Counted from the first letter of the stretch, positions 19,064 to 28,127 are shown. The stretch: 64,000 bases of DNA from Hyphomicrobiales bacterium (GCA_031417515.1 JANOVS010000214.1:13871-77870), one strand, 5' to 3'. The notes: generated by a model from the letters alone, not told the origin. A program made the numbers and translations.

Positions 19064-19276
19064 TCAACTGTTGCGTGGAAGGTTGGTCTCGCAGGTATTC
19101 ATGCCCAAGATCGAATAGAGCGGGCAAGTGCCAAAGACTCCAGTCAGGATGGGAACGACACCGATCCATCCAAACCAACTGTAGGGCGAGGCTTGATAAT
19201 ACAGGGCATAGGCAATCAACACCAATCCCAAAACCACACGAACGTAGCGGTCTACGGTTCCAACATTTACTGTCAT
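19064..19276 (-). CDS. DUF2892 (YgaP C-terminal-like) small membrane protein
   Basis: 70 aa. The pattern VDRYVRVVLGLVLIAYALY...GWIGVVPILTGVFGTCPLYSILG is typical of DUF2892. Confidence 0.7.
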   Translation of the reverse strand: MTVNVGTVDRYVRVVLGLVLIAYALYYQASPYSWFGWIGVVPILTGVFGTCPLYSILGMNTCETNLPRNS

Positions 19277-19328
19277 GACATCCTCCTGTTGATGCGAGCC
19301 AAATTAAAGCAGAAAATCGGAGCGGGAA

Positions 19329-19342
19329 TTGATCCCTGTCAA
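19329..19342. promoter_or_regulatory. FNR/FixK-type box TTGATCCCTGTCAA (9/10)
   Basis: The box centre is about 59 nt upstream of the DUF2892 gene ATG. Confidence 0.5.
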
Positions 19343-19365
19343 TGGAAATGGTTTTCGCTTGCCAA

Positions 19366-19379
19366 TTGATCACAATCAA
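19366..19379. promoter_or_regulatory. FNR/FixK-type box TTGATCACAATCAA (perfect)
   Basis: This is the second box in the divergent region between the DUF2892 gene and the host-attachment-protein gene. Confidence 0.55.
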
Positions 19380-19550
19380 TTCCAGCTGCATTCACCTGCC
19401 TTAGGTTGAGCCGACAACCAATCCACGAGGTTCAAATGGAAATGAAATCGCTTCTACCACCGTTGAGCCTGCCCCCGGCCCAGCCAAGGTTGATAGGGCA
19501 GGCGCCTTGATCGGTGCTTGCCCAACCTCACAGAAATACGGAGCAGAGCA

Positions 19551-20018
19551 ATGAAACCATTGAGATTGTATGTGCTTGTGGCTGATGGAGCCCAGGCTCG
19601 CTTTCTGAACTACGTGGATCGGAAAGCCGGCGCGTCGACGATCGATGATCAAGTCTTCCGTTCGCACGCTGAGCCCTCCCGGTCGATTGGCAGTGACAAG
19701 CCAGGCCGTACATTCGACTCCAAGGGTCACGGACGGCACACCATAGAACCGCGTGTTGACCTGCACGACGAAAAGGAAAAACAATTCCTTGCAGGTATTG
19801 TTCGGAAACTGGAAGAAGTCTTTCACAACCATGCGTTCGACGATCTCTTTGTCATTGCCGCACCACGGGCTCTCGGCGTGATCCGGCACCTGTTGTCAAC
19901 TCCACTCCAGCAGCGGGTGATCGGTGAAATATCGGGTGACTACACGCGTTACAATGATCGCGACATCTCCCGCTTGGTGACGGAAGCATTGCCAAGTGAA
20001 CTGAAGGTTCGCGCTTGA
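19551..20018 (+). CDS. host attachment protein family (release-factor-like fold)
   Basis: ATG at 19551 follows GGAG. The N-terminus MKPLRLYVLVADGAQARFL and the later LFVIAAPRALG pattern are typical of this family. Confidence 0.7.
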   Translation: MKPLRLYVLVADGAQARFLNYVDRKAGASTIDDQVFRSHAEPSRSIGSDKPGRTFDSKGHGRHTIEPRVDLHDEKEKQFLAGIVRKLEEVFHNHAFDDLFVIAAPRALGVIRHLLSTPLQQRVIGEISGDYTRYNDRDISRLVTEALPSELKVRA

Positions 20019-20053
20019 GAAAGTGATCGCCTTGACGACCAGGCGCAATCTGT

Positions 20054-20899
20054 TCAGTTCGACATGAACATCGGAATTTTGCTGAACCGAAGCATGTCGC
20101 GCGTGACGCCACCGAAAATAAACTCACGCCAACGCGAATGTCCATAGGCGCCCAAGACAACAACGTCCGCAGCCAAAGACTTTGCTTTTTTGAGAAGTGT
20201 ATTCGCAACTGTCTCGTCGGCAAGTTCCAGGGTAGTGGCTTCAGCACTTATCCCCATTCCACGCAGGGATTCTGCCAGCTCTTCCGCGTGAGCATCAGCT
20301 TCAATGGGCTTTTCACCTTTGACGCAACAAACCACAACGCGCTTGGCAATTGCCAACAATGGTAAGGAGTTCCAAACGGCCCTCGTCGCATTCTCTCCAC
20401 CATCCCATGCGACCAGAATCGTTGTGATGGAAAATTCAGTCTTGAATTCGCGAGGTACCACCAGAACGGGCCTGCCACTTCCAAAAAGCAACTTTTGAAT
20501 GATCTCAAATTCCATCATGTCAGCGGCAATGCCCGTTTCCGTCACGATGATGCCATGCGACTTTGCGCGCCGCACAATGACTTTCTCTAACTTTGACAGA
20601 TCGCCGAAAACCACATCACATGACTGAAGAGGTGATGTAGGATTCTGCGCGTGTTCGGCAGACTTGCAAACAGCCTTGGCCGTATTCTTTCGTCTGGCAT
20701 TTTCCGTGGCAACCATGTTTTCAATGCTGGCGGGCGCTATAACTGATGGCACCAATATCGAAATTGCACCCACACAGATGTCGAGCTTTGACTGCATGAG
20801 GCCTGACAAGCGCTGCGCGACAACAATAGAAGCGTGATCAGAGCACTCAGAGTCGCCGTCGGTTTTGACAAGGCAAGCGAGAATCGGTTGTGATGACAT
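20054..20899 (-). CDS. tandem-domain universal stress protein
   Basis: 281 aa. The C-terminal pattern is VVVLGAYGHSRWREFIFGGVTRDMLRFSKIPMFMSN. Confidence 0.85.
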   Translation of the reverse strand: MSSQPILACLVKTDGDSECSDHASIVVAQRLSGLMQSKLDICVGAISILVPSVIAPASIENMVATENARRKNTAKAVCKSAEHAQNPTSPLQSCDVVFGDLSKLEKVIVRRAKSHGIIVTETGIAADMMEFEIIQKLLFGSGRPVLVVPREFKTEFSITTILVAWDGGENATRAVWNSLPLLAIAKRVVVCCVKGEKPIEADAHAEELAESLRGMGISAEATTLELADETVANTLLKKAKSLAADVVVLGAYGHSRWREFIFGGVTRDMLRFSKIPMFMSN

Positions 20900-20954
20900 T
20901 TTGACTCCTCTTGAGGATGTCGGGACACTGTCTCACGACTGCGGGAAAATCATC

Positions 20955-20968
20955 CTGATTTGGATCAC
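20955..20968. promoter_or_regulatory. degenerate FNR-type box CTGATTTGGATCAC (8/10)
   Basis: The centre is about 62 nt upstream of the usp ATG at 20899. It shares the core TGATTTGGATCA with the box at 21545. Confidence 0.35.
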
Positions 20969-20997
20969 AAGTTCGGAAGGCTACCTGTTATTCTCGA

Positions 20998-21489
20998 CTA
21001 CATCATGCCCATGCCGAGGATGAGATCATCGGCTTTCTTCTTCTGGGCATCATCAAGTTTTCCATAAAGTGCGAGTGTTGCCCCACTGACGGTCTTCATG
21101 TTCCCGTGGCGGATCACCATCAAGTTGTCTTGCGCGGCCAACCGTTCAGGAAGTGTCTTGAGCTCAGACCTGTCCATCATTGATTGGTGCGTTTGCATCA
21201 TTGCGTCACTTGCCGTTGCGATTGCGGTTACATATGCTTTCCAAACCTCTTCTTGTGCGGGCGTGATGGCCAGCTCCGTTTTCAACGCGGTCAGGCGCTC
21301 CTCGCTGAAGCGACGGCCCATCATCATATGACCGGGTCCATCGCCGCTGCGCCACATTTCACCACGAAACCACTCGCCCATATGGCCGCGTTGCCAAAAC
21401 CAGCCATCAGATTCGGCAAGCACTGGTACCGACGAAAGGCATGCGAGCGCAACTGCTGCAAAGATTGAAACTGAAATCCTGCGGTTCAT
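20998..21489 (-). CDS. periplasmic Spy/CpxP-like protein with Met/His-rich segments
   Basis: ATG at 21489 follows GGAGGA. The signal peptide is MNRRISVSIFAAVALACLSSVPVLA. LTxxQ-like motifs are LAITPAQEEVW and LDDAQKKKAD. Met/His-rich stretches are GPGHMMMGRRF and a C-terminal GMGMM. Confidence 0.65.
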   Translation of the reverse strand: MNRRISVSIFAAVALACLSSVPVLAESDGWFWQRGHMGEWFRGEMWRSGDGPGHMMMGRRFSEERLTALKTELAITPAQEEVWKAYVTAIATASDAMMQTHQSMMDRSELKTLPERLAAQDNLMVIRHGNMKTVSGATLALYGKLDDAQKKKADDLILGMGMM

Positions 21490-21544
21490 GGCAAGTCCTC
21501 CAATAAGTTGAGCCCCACCATGACCTGGTATGATGAGTAGGGAA

Positions 21545-21558
21545 ATGATTTGGATCAG
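21545..21558. promoter_or_regulatory. degenerate FNR-type box ATGATTTGGATCAG (8/10)
   Basis: The centre is about 62 nt upstream of the Spy/CpxP-like ATG. The core is the same as at 20955. Confidence 0.35.
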
Positions 21559-21583
21559 TTTCTGGACGTGCCCGGTTGAAGGA

Positions 21584-22276
21584 TTACATCTTTGCAGCTG
21601 GATCAGCGACAAGTCTCAATCCGAGATGCGCCGGTGGGGTGCCGGATGAGCAACCTCCTTCTGTCGCATCCCTGACAAAAACCGAAATGACTGCCTCATG
21701 TTCGCCTTGCACTTTGTAAGCGGGGCAGTTGTTGATGCCATCTTTGACAAATCCGCCGTTCACGCATGTGGCTGTCCACTCCCACACATTGCCATGCACA
21801 TCTGCAATGCCCTGTGGTGAAAGGCCAAAGCCGCCTGATTTTTTCAGTGTAGGATCAACTTTTTTGTTCCTGCCATAATCAGCTGCCCATGCCATTCGTG
21901 GATCGCTGAACAGTTTGGCTCTTGGATTTTCCTCGATGCCTGAAAAACTGCGCCACTCCTCAACAGTGGGTAGACGCAGTGTCACATCGGCTCTGGCACT
22001 GGCCCAAGCAGCAAATTCCTGTGCGTCAAACCAACTGATACCGGTTGCCGGGAAACCCTCATCCATTGCGCCGGGCCCAACATCTACCATGTGGCTGCAA
22101 ACCTTCGCGTCGTAACACTTGCGCCATTGGCGCAAAGTCACTTCATGACGCATAACCAGAAGTCCGGAGTCGGTATTCATGAGGTCAAGCACAAGCGGCT
22201 GCTGCAGTTCACAAGTGCTTACTGCAACAGCTACTGCACCGACGAGCATCAGAACCAATGTCCTGGCGCCGAACAT
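21584..22276 (-). CDS. nirV: NirV (formylglycine-generating-enzyme/SUMF1-fold accessory protein of NirK)
   Basis: 230 aa, directly downstream of nirK. The FGE-type motif is GIADVHGNVWEWTATC and the C-terminal is HLGLRLV. Confidence 0.8.
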   Translation of the reverse strand: MFGARTLVLMLVGAVAVAVSTCELQQPLVLDLMNTDSGLLVMRHEVTLRQWRKCYDAKVCSHMVDVGPGAMDEGFPATGISWFDAQEFAAWASARADVTLRLPTVEEWRSFSGIEENPRAKLFSDPRMAWAADYGRNKKVDPTLKKSGGFGLSPQGIADVHGNVWEWTATCVNGGFVKDGINNCPAYKVQGEHEAVISVFVRDATEGGCSSGTPPAHLGLRLVADPAAKM

Positions 22277-22288
22277 GGTTCTCTGCCG

Positions 22289-23437
22289 TCAGTTGGTGAT
22301 TGGCGCAGGCTTCTGCACCTGCATCATCACATCATCATCCCATGGACCTTCAACAACGACATGGGCGGTGGCACCCAGCATCACGGCTTCAATCAGGTTG
22401 TGATTGACATATGCATAGACACCGGGCTGAACGAATGTGTAGGCCGCAGCACCAGCCGATCCGCCGCGAATGAACCATGTCTCCAGGTTGGTCATCGGCG
22501 CATCCGCAAATGAACCGGTCTCCCAAACCAAGTCACCGTGCCCACCAATCAGATGTGGGCGGGTGTCCCGGTTGGCCTGGGCATGGATAAACAGAACCGT
22601 TTCACCAACCTTGGCCTTCATGGCATTGTCGCCCGTCAATGCGCCCTTGGCCCCATTGAAGACGACATGGGTTGGCGTCAGGGTTTTCATAACTTCAAGT
22701 GCCTCGGACAGGTTCTCGCCAGCCGATTCATATTTCTTGAAATTGCCCTGTTCGTCACGCGGCACGTAGAAATCCTGTTCACCGATGAAATAGGCTTTGT
22801 CGTAACGGACTGTATTGCCCTTGCCATCCTTCAGGCCGTCGCGGGGCAGAACCATGATAGCACCATTCATGCCGTGCACCACGTGATAGGGGATCATGAT
22901 GCCCTCAGGGGCACAATGATAAACGAACACACCTGGCTTCATCGCCTTCCAGCGCAACACCACTTGTTCGCCCGGCATGATCCTGGTGAGAGCACCTCCA
23001 CCCAGTGCACCCGTTGCCGCATGGAAGTCGATATTATGTTCCAACATGTTTTTCTGCAGATTGCGCATTGTGAGTTCGACATAGTCGCCTTCATGCACGA
23101 CAATCATCGGACCAGGAACAGTGCCGTTGTACGACATCACCCAAACTTCCGTGCCCTCGTCATCAACGACCATCATCTTCTCTTCGATGATCAGCTCGAT
23201 CTCGACAATCTTGGGCCCGCCAGTAGCCACCTGCTCATGCTCGGGCAAGAATGGCGGTGCCACGAGTTTCTGCTTGACGCGCGGCAGGGTTGATACATCA
23301 ACCTTGGGCGTTGCAGCCTGCGCGCCAGAGATGAAGCCCGAAGCCAAGACAGCAGAGCCCACATAGGCCGCAGCCGATCCAACCAAGAAATTCCGGCGGC
23401 TGGCCCCGAGGTTTTTGGACTTTTCGTTCCGTGACAT
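22289..23437 (-). CDS. nirK: copper-containing nitrite reductase NirK
   Basis: ATG at 23437 follows AGGAGA. The Tat signal is [15 protein letters not shown]. Cu-site motifs are [15 protein letters not shown]...[14 protein letters not shown] and HLIGGHGD. Confidence 0.95.
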   Translation of the reverse strand: MSRNEKSKNLGASRRNFLVGSAAAYVGSAVLASGFISGAQAATPKVDVSTLPRVKQKLVAPPFLPEHEQVATGGPKIVEIELIIEEKMMVVDDEGTEVWVMSYNGTVPGPMIVVHEGDYVELTMRNLQKNMLEHNIDFHAATGALGGGALTRIMPGEQVVLRWKAMKPGVFVYHCAPEGIMIPYHVVHGMNGAIMVLPRDGLKDGKGNTVRYDKAYFIGEQDFYVPRDEQGNFKKYESAGENLSEALEVMKTLTPTHVVFNGAKGALTGDNAMKAKVGETVLFIHAQANRDTRPHLIGGHGDLVWETGSFADAPMTNLETWFIRGGSAGAAAYTFVQPGVYAYVNHNLIEAVMLGATAHVVVEGPWDDDVMMQVQKPAPITN

Positions 23438-23491
23438 GATCTTCTCCTGAGTGAGTTTCTCTCCATTTAGGAAAACTCCAGAACCTCCGCG

Positions 23492-23505
23492 TTGACGTAG
23501 ATCAA
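23492..23505. promoter_or_regulatory. FNR/NnrR/FixK-type box TTGACGTAGATCAA (9/10)
   Basis: It lies in the nirK / cytochrome c divergent region. The centre is about 61 nt from the nirK ATG and about 66 nt from the cytochrome c ATG. Confidence 0.6.
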
Positions 23506-23564
23506 TGTTGGCAGTCCTTGAATCATGCTCAGCTTGATATATTGGAACTTCATGGAGCAAAGAG

Positions 23565-23969
23565 ATGTTACAAGTATCTTCAATTGCAAAAGCATTGCGG
23601 CCCTTGTCGGTTGCAGCCACCGCACTGATGGTTTTTTTGGCTGTGCCAGCGCTTGCAGATGGCGATGTGGCCAAGGGTGAGAAGTTGTTCAAGCAATGCG
23701 CGGCTTGCCATGCCATTGCCAATCAAGCCAGCAAGATTGGCCCGCATCTTGTGCAGATCATTGACCGACCAATTGGATCTGTTGAGGGGTACAAATATTC
23801 TCCAAAGCTCGTTGGTTTTTCTAAAACTACACCCGCTTGGGATGAAGCTACCCTCAATGCCTATCTCGAAAATCCCCGCAAAATCATTCCAGGTGGGAAG
23901 ATGGCTTTTGGTGGTCTTAAAAAGCCGGAAGACCGTGATAATCTCATTGCATTTTTGAAATCAAAATAA
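23565..23969 (+). CDS. class I c-type cytochrome (c2/c550-like), probable electron donor to NirK
   Basis: 134 aa with a signal peptide, the heme motif CAACH, and a distal Met in [22 protein letters not shown]. Confidence 0.85.
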   Translation: MLQVSSIAKALRPLSVAATALMVFLAVPALADGDVAKGEKLFKQCAACHAIANQASKIGPHLVQIIDRPIGSVEGYKYSPKLVGFSKTTPAWDEATLNAYLENPRKIIPGGKMAFGGLKKPEDRDNLIAFLKSK

Positions 23970-24007
23970 CCTCTTGCAATTGAGCATCCCCGAGAGGAGT
24001 CCGGAAC

Positions 24008-24200
24008 ATGAAAGTCTTTATATCGTGTCAGGGCTGACCAATGACCGGGAAACTATTCAAAAAGCTGTTGCGGGTTGCGATAGCGTGCTGGCTGTTCTGT
24101 TGCCGTGGGGGAGGCAGCACTATTCCTCTGGCACGGCGCAGGCAGTACTCGATTTCTCGACGACGCATCACGCTCAAATCTCCGCATGGTCGTCGCCGTT
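24008..24200 (+). pseudogene. remnant of an NAD(P)H-binding (NmrA/BVR-B-like) oxidoreductase gene
   Basis: MKVFI... stops after 9 codons. A different frame continues with VSGLTNDRETIQKAVAGCDSVLAVLLPWG, which resembles the middle of atypical SDR/NmrA proteins. There is no intact Rossmann GxxGxxG and no C-terminal half. Confidence 0.3.
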
Positions 24201-24209
24201 TCCCTCAAC

Positions 24210-24776
24210 TCAATTCGGTAGCGGTTCTGATACCTCGGTGAGCGCTCCGTCTTTGAGCTTGAAATGAAACTTTGCAACTGCTGGAACCACGAACAGGTCT
24301 TTGTCATTGATCGCCCGGCCAAACGTCGGCGCGTGGACCGTTATCACCGCCGCATATGCGCCATCGCCAAGCAGGGCGGAATTCATGGCGTAATGCAAAC
24401 CGCTGCTGCCCCACATCGGATGCAACTCACCTTTCATCGACTTTCCGCTTTCCGTGTTCGTCGCTTCAAAAATGGCGTGAGCGTAAGAAATTCGTGTCTT
24501 GGATCGGGGGTCGGTCGGCTTCATCTCCACGTGGTAAACTTCGCCTGCTGCGGGCGTATGCGCGACTTGTTTCGACGGCGCTCCCATCAGCATCGCCTTG
24601 GCTGGTTCAATCTCGAACTGAACGATCATGCCCGCTGCCTCGGAACGGCCGACCAGGACGGTCTTCTGCCGGGGGTCTTCCGGTGCAGCGAGCACTTTGG
24701 CTTTCGGTTCTTGCTGTGCAAACGCCACCGTCGACAATGATGCGATGGTCAAAGTTGTGATCAAGAAATGTTTCAT
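24210..24776 (-). CDS. periplasmic P19/Tp34/FtrA-like metal (Fe/Cu) transport protein
   Basis: ATG at 24776 follows GGAG. The signal peptide is MKHFLITTLTIASLSTVAFA. The motif LHPMWGSSGLHYAMNSALLGDGAYAAVITVHAP fits the PM...G.HY..N..L...G.Y pattern of that family. Confidence 0.55.
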   Translation of the reverse strand: MKHFLITTLTIASLSTVAFAQQEPKAKVLAAPEDPRQKTVLVGRSEAAGMIVQFEIEPAKAMLMGAPSKQVAHTPAAGEVYHVEMKPTDPRSKTRISYAHAIFEATNTESGKSMKGELHPMWGSSGLHYAMNSALLGDGAYAAVITVHAPTFGRAINDKDLFVVPAVAKFHFKLKDGALTEVSEPLPN

Positions 24777-24852
24777 TTTCCACTCCAATCAGTAAATGAC
24801 CGCTGCTTGGCTTGGTCTGCACATCAACTTATCGGATTGACTCGGGCCGTCA

Positions 24853-24866
24853 TTGACGCAAATCAA
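24853..24866. promoter_or_regulatory. FNR-type box TTGACGCAAATCAA (9/10)
   Basis: The centre is about 83 nt upstream of the P19-like gene ATG. It has the same TTGAC half-site as the nirK box. Confidence 0.45.
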
Positions 24867-24906
24867 TGACCAAAGACAATCCTTTCGAGTTGCATTGCCC
24901 GATGCT

Positions 24907-25368
24907 TCAATTGCGGTTCTTTATTTGGTGGAGTGTCTCAAGTGTTTCCACACAAGCCGCTGCTGCTTCGCGACCCTTGTTGTGGGCATTGTCCTGACTG
25001 CGCTCTTCCGCCTGCCCTTCGGTGTAGGTCGTGATGATGCCAAAGGCCAGCGGCACACGCGTGAGCAGGGTGGCTTGCATGAGTCCGAACGTGGCGCCCA
25101 AGCTGATGAATTCAAAATGTGCCGTATCGCCCTTGATCACGCAGCCCAAACAAATGACGCCGTCAAATTTGCCGCATTCTGCCAGGCTTTGCGCCAGCAA
25201 CGGAATTTCAAATGCGCCAGGTGCCGGGTAAATGTCACGGTCGTCAACTTTGATGCCCTTTTCGGCAAGGTAGGCAAGCGCACCCTTCTTCAGGCCGCCC
25301 GTTACGGTTTCATTGAACCGGCTGACCACAAGAGCGATACGCCAGGAATTGGATGATGGAGATGTCAT
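24907..25368 (-). CDS. ribH: 6,7-dimethyl-8-ribityllumazine synthase
   Basis: 153 aa starting at the ATG at 25368. Motifs are RIALVVSRFNE, GAFEIPL and GVICLGCVIKGDTAHFEF. Confidence 0.9.
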   Translation of the reverse strand: MTSPSSNSWRIALVVSRFNETVTGGLKKGALAYLAEKGIKVDDRDIYPAPGAFEIPLLAQSLAECGKFDGVICLGCVIKGDTAHFEFISLGATFGLMQATLLTRVPLAFGIITTYTEGQAEERSQDNAHNKGREAAAACVETLETLHQIKNRN

Positions 25369-25369
25369 T

Positions 25370-26578
25370 TCAGTTTTCCGTTCTTTCAGTTTGAAAATGG
25401 CCCATCCGCTCATGCTTGCTGGCGAGATAAGAGGCATTGAAGGGATTTGGGGGGATGACCAGTGGAATGCGCTCAGTCACATCAATGCCGAGTTCCTCAA
25501 GGGCTGAACACTTGAGCGGATTGTTTGTCAAAAGTCGCACCGCCCTGACGTCAAGTGCCTTGAGGATATGGGCCGCCGGAGCGAAATCACGCATGTCAGG
25601 CGCAAAGCCAAGGCGCAAATTTGCCTCAACGGTGTCGTGGCCTTGATCTTGTAAAGCATAGGCCCGGACCTTGTTTGCAAGTCCGATACCGCGACCTTCA
25701 TGATTGCGAAGATAGATCACGGCACCACCAGTGCTTTCACCCACTCGACGCAGTGATTCCTGAAGCTGCGGTCCGCAGTCACAACGCAGCGATCCCAAAG
25801 CTTCTCCGGTCAGACATTCCGAATGGACGCGCACCAGCGGCGTTTTCCCCAGCGGATGCTTGACTATTGCGAGATGTTCCACGCCATCGAGAACACTTCG
25901 AAATGCATGGATACGTAATGGTTCTTCGGTGTAGATGGTGGGTAGTTCGGCTTCGTCCACTTTTTCCACCAGCACTTCAGTTTTCTGCCTCTGGCGAACG
26001 ATGTCCTCAATCGTGAGGATCGGGAGATCATGAATTTTCGCAAATTGATCAAGATCATCGCGGCGCGCCATCGTGCCATCGTCACGCATGATTTCGCAGA
26101 TCACCCCGGCAGGTCGCAATCCTGCCAAACGCATCAGGTCAATGGCACCTTCCGTATGACCACGACGCTTGAGAACGCCGCCTTCAACTGCGCGCAGCGG
26201 AAAGATATGGCCGGGCATGACGACGTCACCGGCCTTTGCTTCGGGATCGCAGGCAGCGGCAATGGTGCATGCACGATCAGCAGCTGAAATGCCCGTTGTG
26301 ATTCCATCGCGCGCTTCAATCGAAACCGTGAACGCGGTTGATCGGCGTGCTTTGTTATCTGTTGTCATAGGCGGCAAGCCAAGCTTGTCGACCTGTGCCG
26401 ATGCCATGGGCAGGCAAATCAGGCCGCGGCCAAAGCGAGCCATGAAATTCACGGCTGCTGCATCAGCATATTCTGCCGCCATGACGATGTCGCCTTCATT
26501 TTCGCGGTCTTCGTCGTCCACCAAAATAATCATTCGGCCTTGGCGAAGGTGTTCGATGGCTATTGATAGGCTTGACAT
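25370..26578 (-). CDS. ribBA: bifunctional 3,4-dihydroxy-2-butanone-4-phosphate synthase / GTP cyclohydrolase II
   Basis: 402 aa. Motifs are DDEDRENEGD, GHTEGAIDL, RVHSECLTGEALGSLRCDCG and EGRGIGL. Confidence 0.95.
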   Translation of the reverse strand: MSSLSIAIEHLRQGRMIILVDDEDRENEGDIVMAAEYADAAAVNFMARFGRGLICLPMASAQVDKLGLPPMTTDNKARRSTAFTVSIEARDGITTGISAADRACTIAAACDPEAKAGDVVMPGHIFPLRAVEGGVLKRRGHTEGAIDLMRLAGLRPAGVICEIMRDDGTMARRDDLDQFAKIHDLPILTIEDIVRQRQKTEVLVEKVDEAELPTIYTEEPLRIHAFRSVLDGVEHLAIVKHPLGKTPLVRVHSECLTGEALGSLRCDCGPQLQESLRRVGESTGGAVIYLRNHEGRGIGLANKVRAYALQDQGHDTVEANLRLGFAPDMRDFAPAAHILKALDVRAVRLLTNNPLKCSALEELGIDVTERIPLVIPPNPFNASYLASKHERMGHFQTERTEN

Positions 26579-27165
26579 AAACGCTCCACGTATTTGGCCA
26601 TCACGTCCACTTCGATATTCAGAACATCGCCGGGCTTGGCCGCATTCAGGTTGGTGTTTGCAAAAGTGTGTGGAATGATCATCAGGCCAATCCGCGATGG
26701 GCCTCCCGTCACATCATCAATGCTGTTGATGGTGAGGCTGATGCCATCCAGCGCGATTGAACCTTTTTCCACACAGTAGCGTGCAAGGTGCTGTGGAATC
26801 TCCACCGCAAGCCGCCACGCACCATCTTCAACTGTCATGGACGTAAGCTTCCCCAAAGCGTCGACATGGCCTTGCACCATGTGTCCGGACAGTCGCGTAT
26901 TGAGGCTGACTGCGCGCTCCAGATTGACCGGCGTTCCAAATGCCAGCCGACCGAGATTGGTTCGCGCCAATGTTTCTGAACTTGCAAAGAATGTTGCCGT
27001 TGCTTTTTCGCCCAGTGCTGCGACAGTCAGGCACACGCCGTTTACCGCCACACTCTCTCCAAGGACCAAGTCGTTGTAACCAGTAGCAAGTGTGCAGGTA
27101 AGAGACCCGGCGGTATTCGCGATGTCCTCCACTGTTCCTATTCTGTCGATAATGCCTGAGAACAT
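26560..27165 (-). CDS. ribE: riboflavin synthase (alpha chain)
   Basis: MFSGIIDRIGTV..., an internal repeat with VNGVCLTV / LDGISLTI, and 201 aa. Confidence 0.9.
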   Translation of the reverse strand: MFSGIIDRIGTVEDIANTAGSLTCTLATGYNDLVLGESVAVNGVCLTVAALGEKATATFFASSETLARTNLGRLAFGTPVNLERAVSLNTRLSGHMVQGHVDALGKLTSMTVEDGAWRLAVEIPQHLARYCVEKGSIALDGISLTINSIDDVTGGPSRIGLMIIPHTFANTNLNAAKPGDVLNIEVDVMAKYVERLCQAYQ

Positions 27166-28127
27166 CAGTGACTTTCCCTTCTGATGATCTCAATGTGATC
27201 ATCGTTTTCTGTTTGTGTTATCCGAACACACTCGTCCCAGAATGTGCTCGCGAGGACGTGGGAGGTGAATGTTGGCCCTGCTTCGACAAGCACCTCCAAT
27301 CCGCCGCGTTGAACCACCATTCGCAGCTCGACTTCCAAATCGTCAGCAATTTGGACATCGAACCCACGCGATCTTGAAACATCGATGTAGCTTGCCGGAA
27401 TGCGTTGCCGTCTGTCGAACAACACCAATTCGCGCCGTTTGCCGGGAATATCTGGCGCATGACGTACCGTGAAGAGTGGTTGATCCGCCAGAACAGTTCC
27501 CGAGCCAGTGAAAATTGCATCGGCACGCCGCCGCAACTGGTGTGCCAGAAGTAGAGATGCAGGTGACGTAAAAGTCTTTCGGCCCACGGGCGGGATCATG
27601 TTGCCCTCAGCGTTGAAAGCCTGTTTCACCGTGACCCACGGCAAACCATGGATAACAGCCTTTGCAAATGGCGCGATAAGACTGGCCAGAGCCTTCTCTG
27701 CGCTCCCGCCGAATTGACGAACACCCAGTCCTGCAGTGGCAAGTCGGGCAAGGCCGCCACCTTTGACGCCAGGATTGGGATCCATGGTGCCCGCGACAAC
27801 AAACTGTGCCGTTGTGGAGAGTATGGCCTCGGTGCATGGCGGCGTGCGGCCATGATGGTTGCACGGTTCAAGTGTGACAACGATAGTGTGGATGCGGGCG
27901 TCTACGCCGATGTTCTTTGCGTTTTTGATGGCCAAGGCTTCGGCATGCGGCTGGCCCACCCCGCAATGCGCGGCAGTTGCCAAAACCTCACCGTGTTGAT
28001 CGAGAAGCGTGCAGCCGACTGGCGGGTTGGGAGCCGTTGCTCCTTCGTGTTCTCGTGCTGCATCAAGCGCCAACGCCATGGCTCTGGCGAGGATGTGATC
28101 TGGAAGCGGTGTTGAATGTTTTTCCAT
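27165..28127 (-). CDS. ribD: bifunctional riboflavin biosynthesis deaminase/reductase RibD
   Basis: The deaminase Zn motif is HAE...LEPCNHHGRTPPC, followed by a C-terminal reductase half. It is the first gene behind the FMN riboswitch. Confidence 0.9.
   Translation of the reverse strand: MEKHSTPLPDHILARAMALALDAAREHEGATAPNPPVGCTLLDQHGEVLATAAHCGVGQPHAEALAIKNAKNIGVDARIHTIVVTLEPCNHHGRTPPCTEAILSTTAQFVVAGTMDPNPGVKGGGLARLATAGLGVRQFGGSAEKALASLIAPFAKAVIHGLPWVTVKQAFNAEGNMIPPVGRKTFTSPASLLLAHQLRRRADAIFTGSGTVLADQPLFTVRHAPDIPGKRRELVLFDRRQRIPASYIDVSRSRGFDVQIADDLEVELRMVVQRGGLEVLVEAGPTFTSHVLASTFWDECVRITQTENDDHIEIIRRESH

Noticed and set aside
19011-19391. 126-aa minus-strand ORF overlapping the DUF2892 gene
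   Set aside because: It is in a different frame from the well-conserved 70-aa DUF2892 product. It would also run across both FixK boxes in the promoter region.
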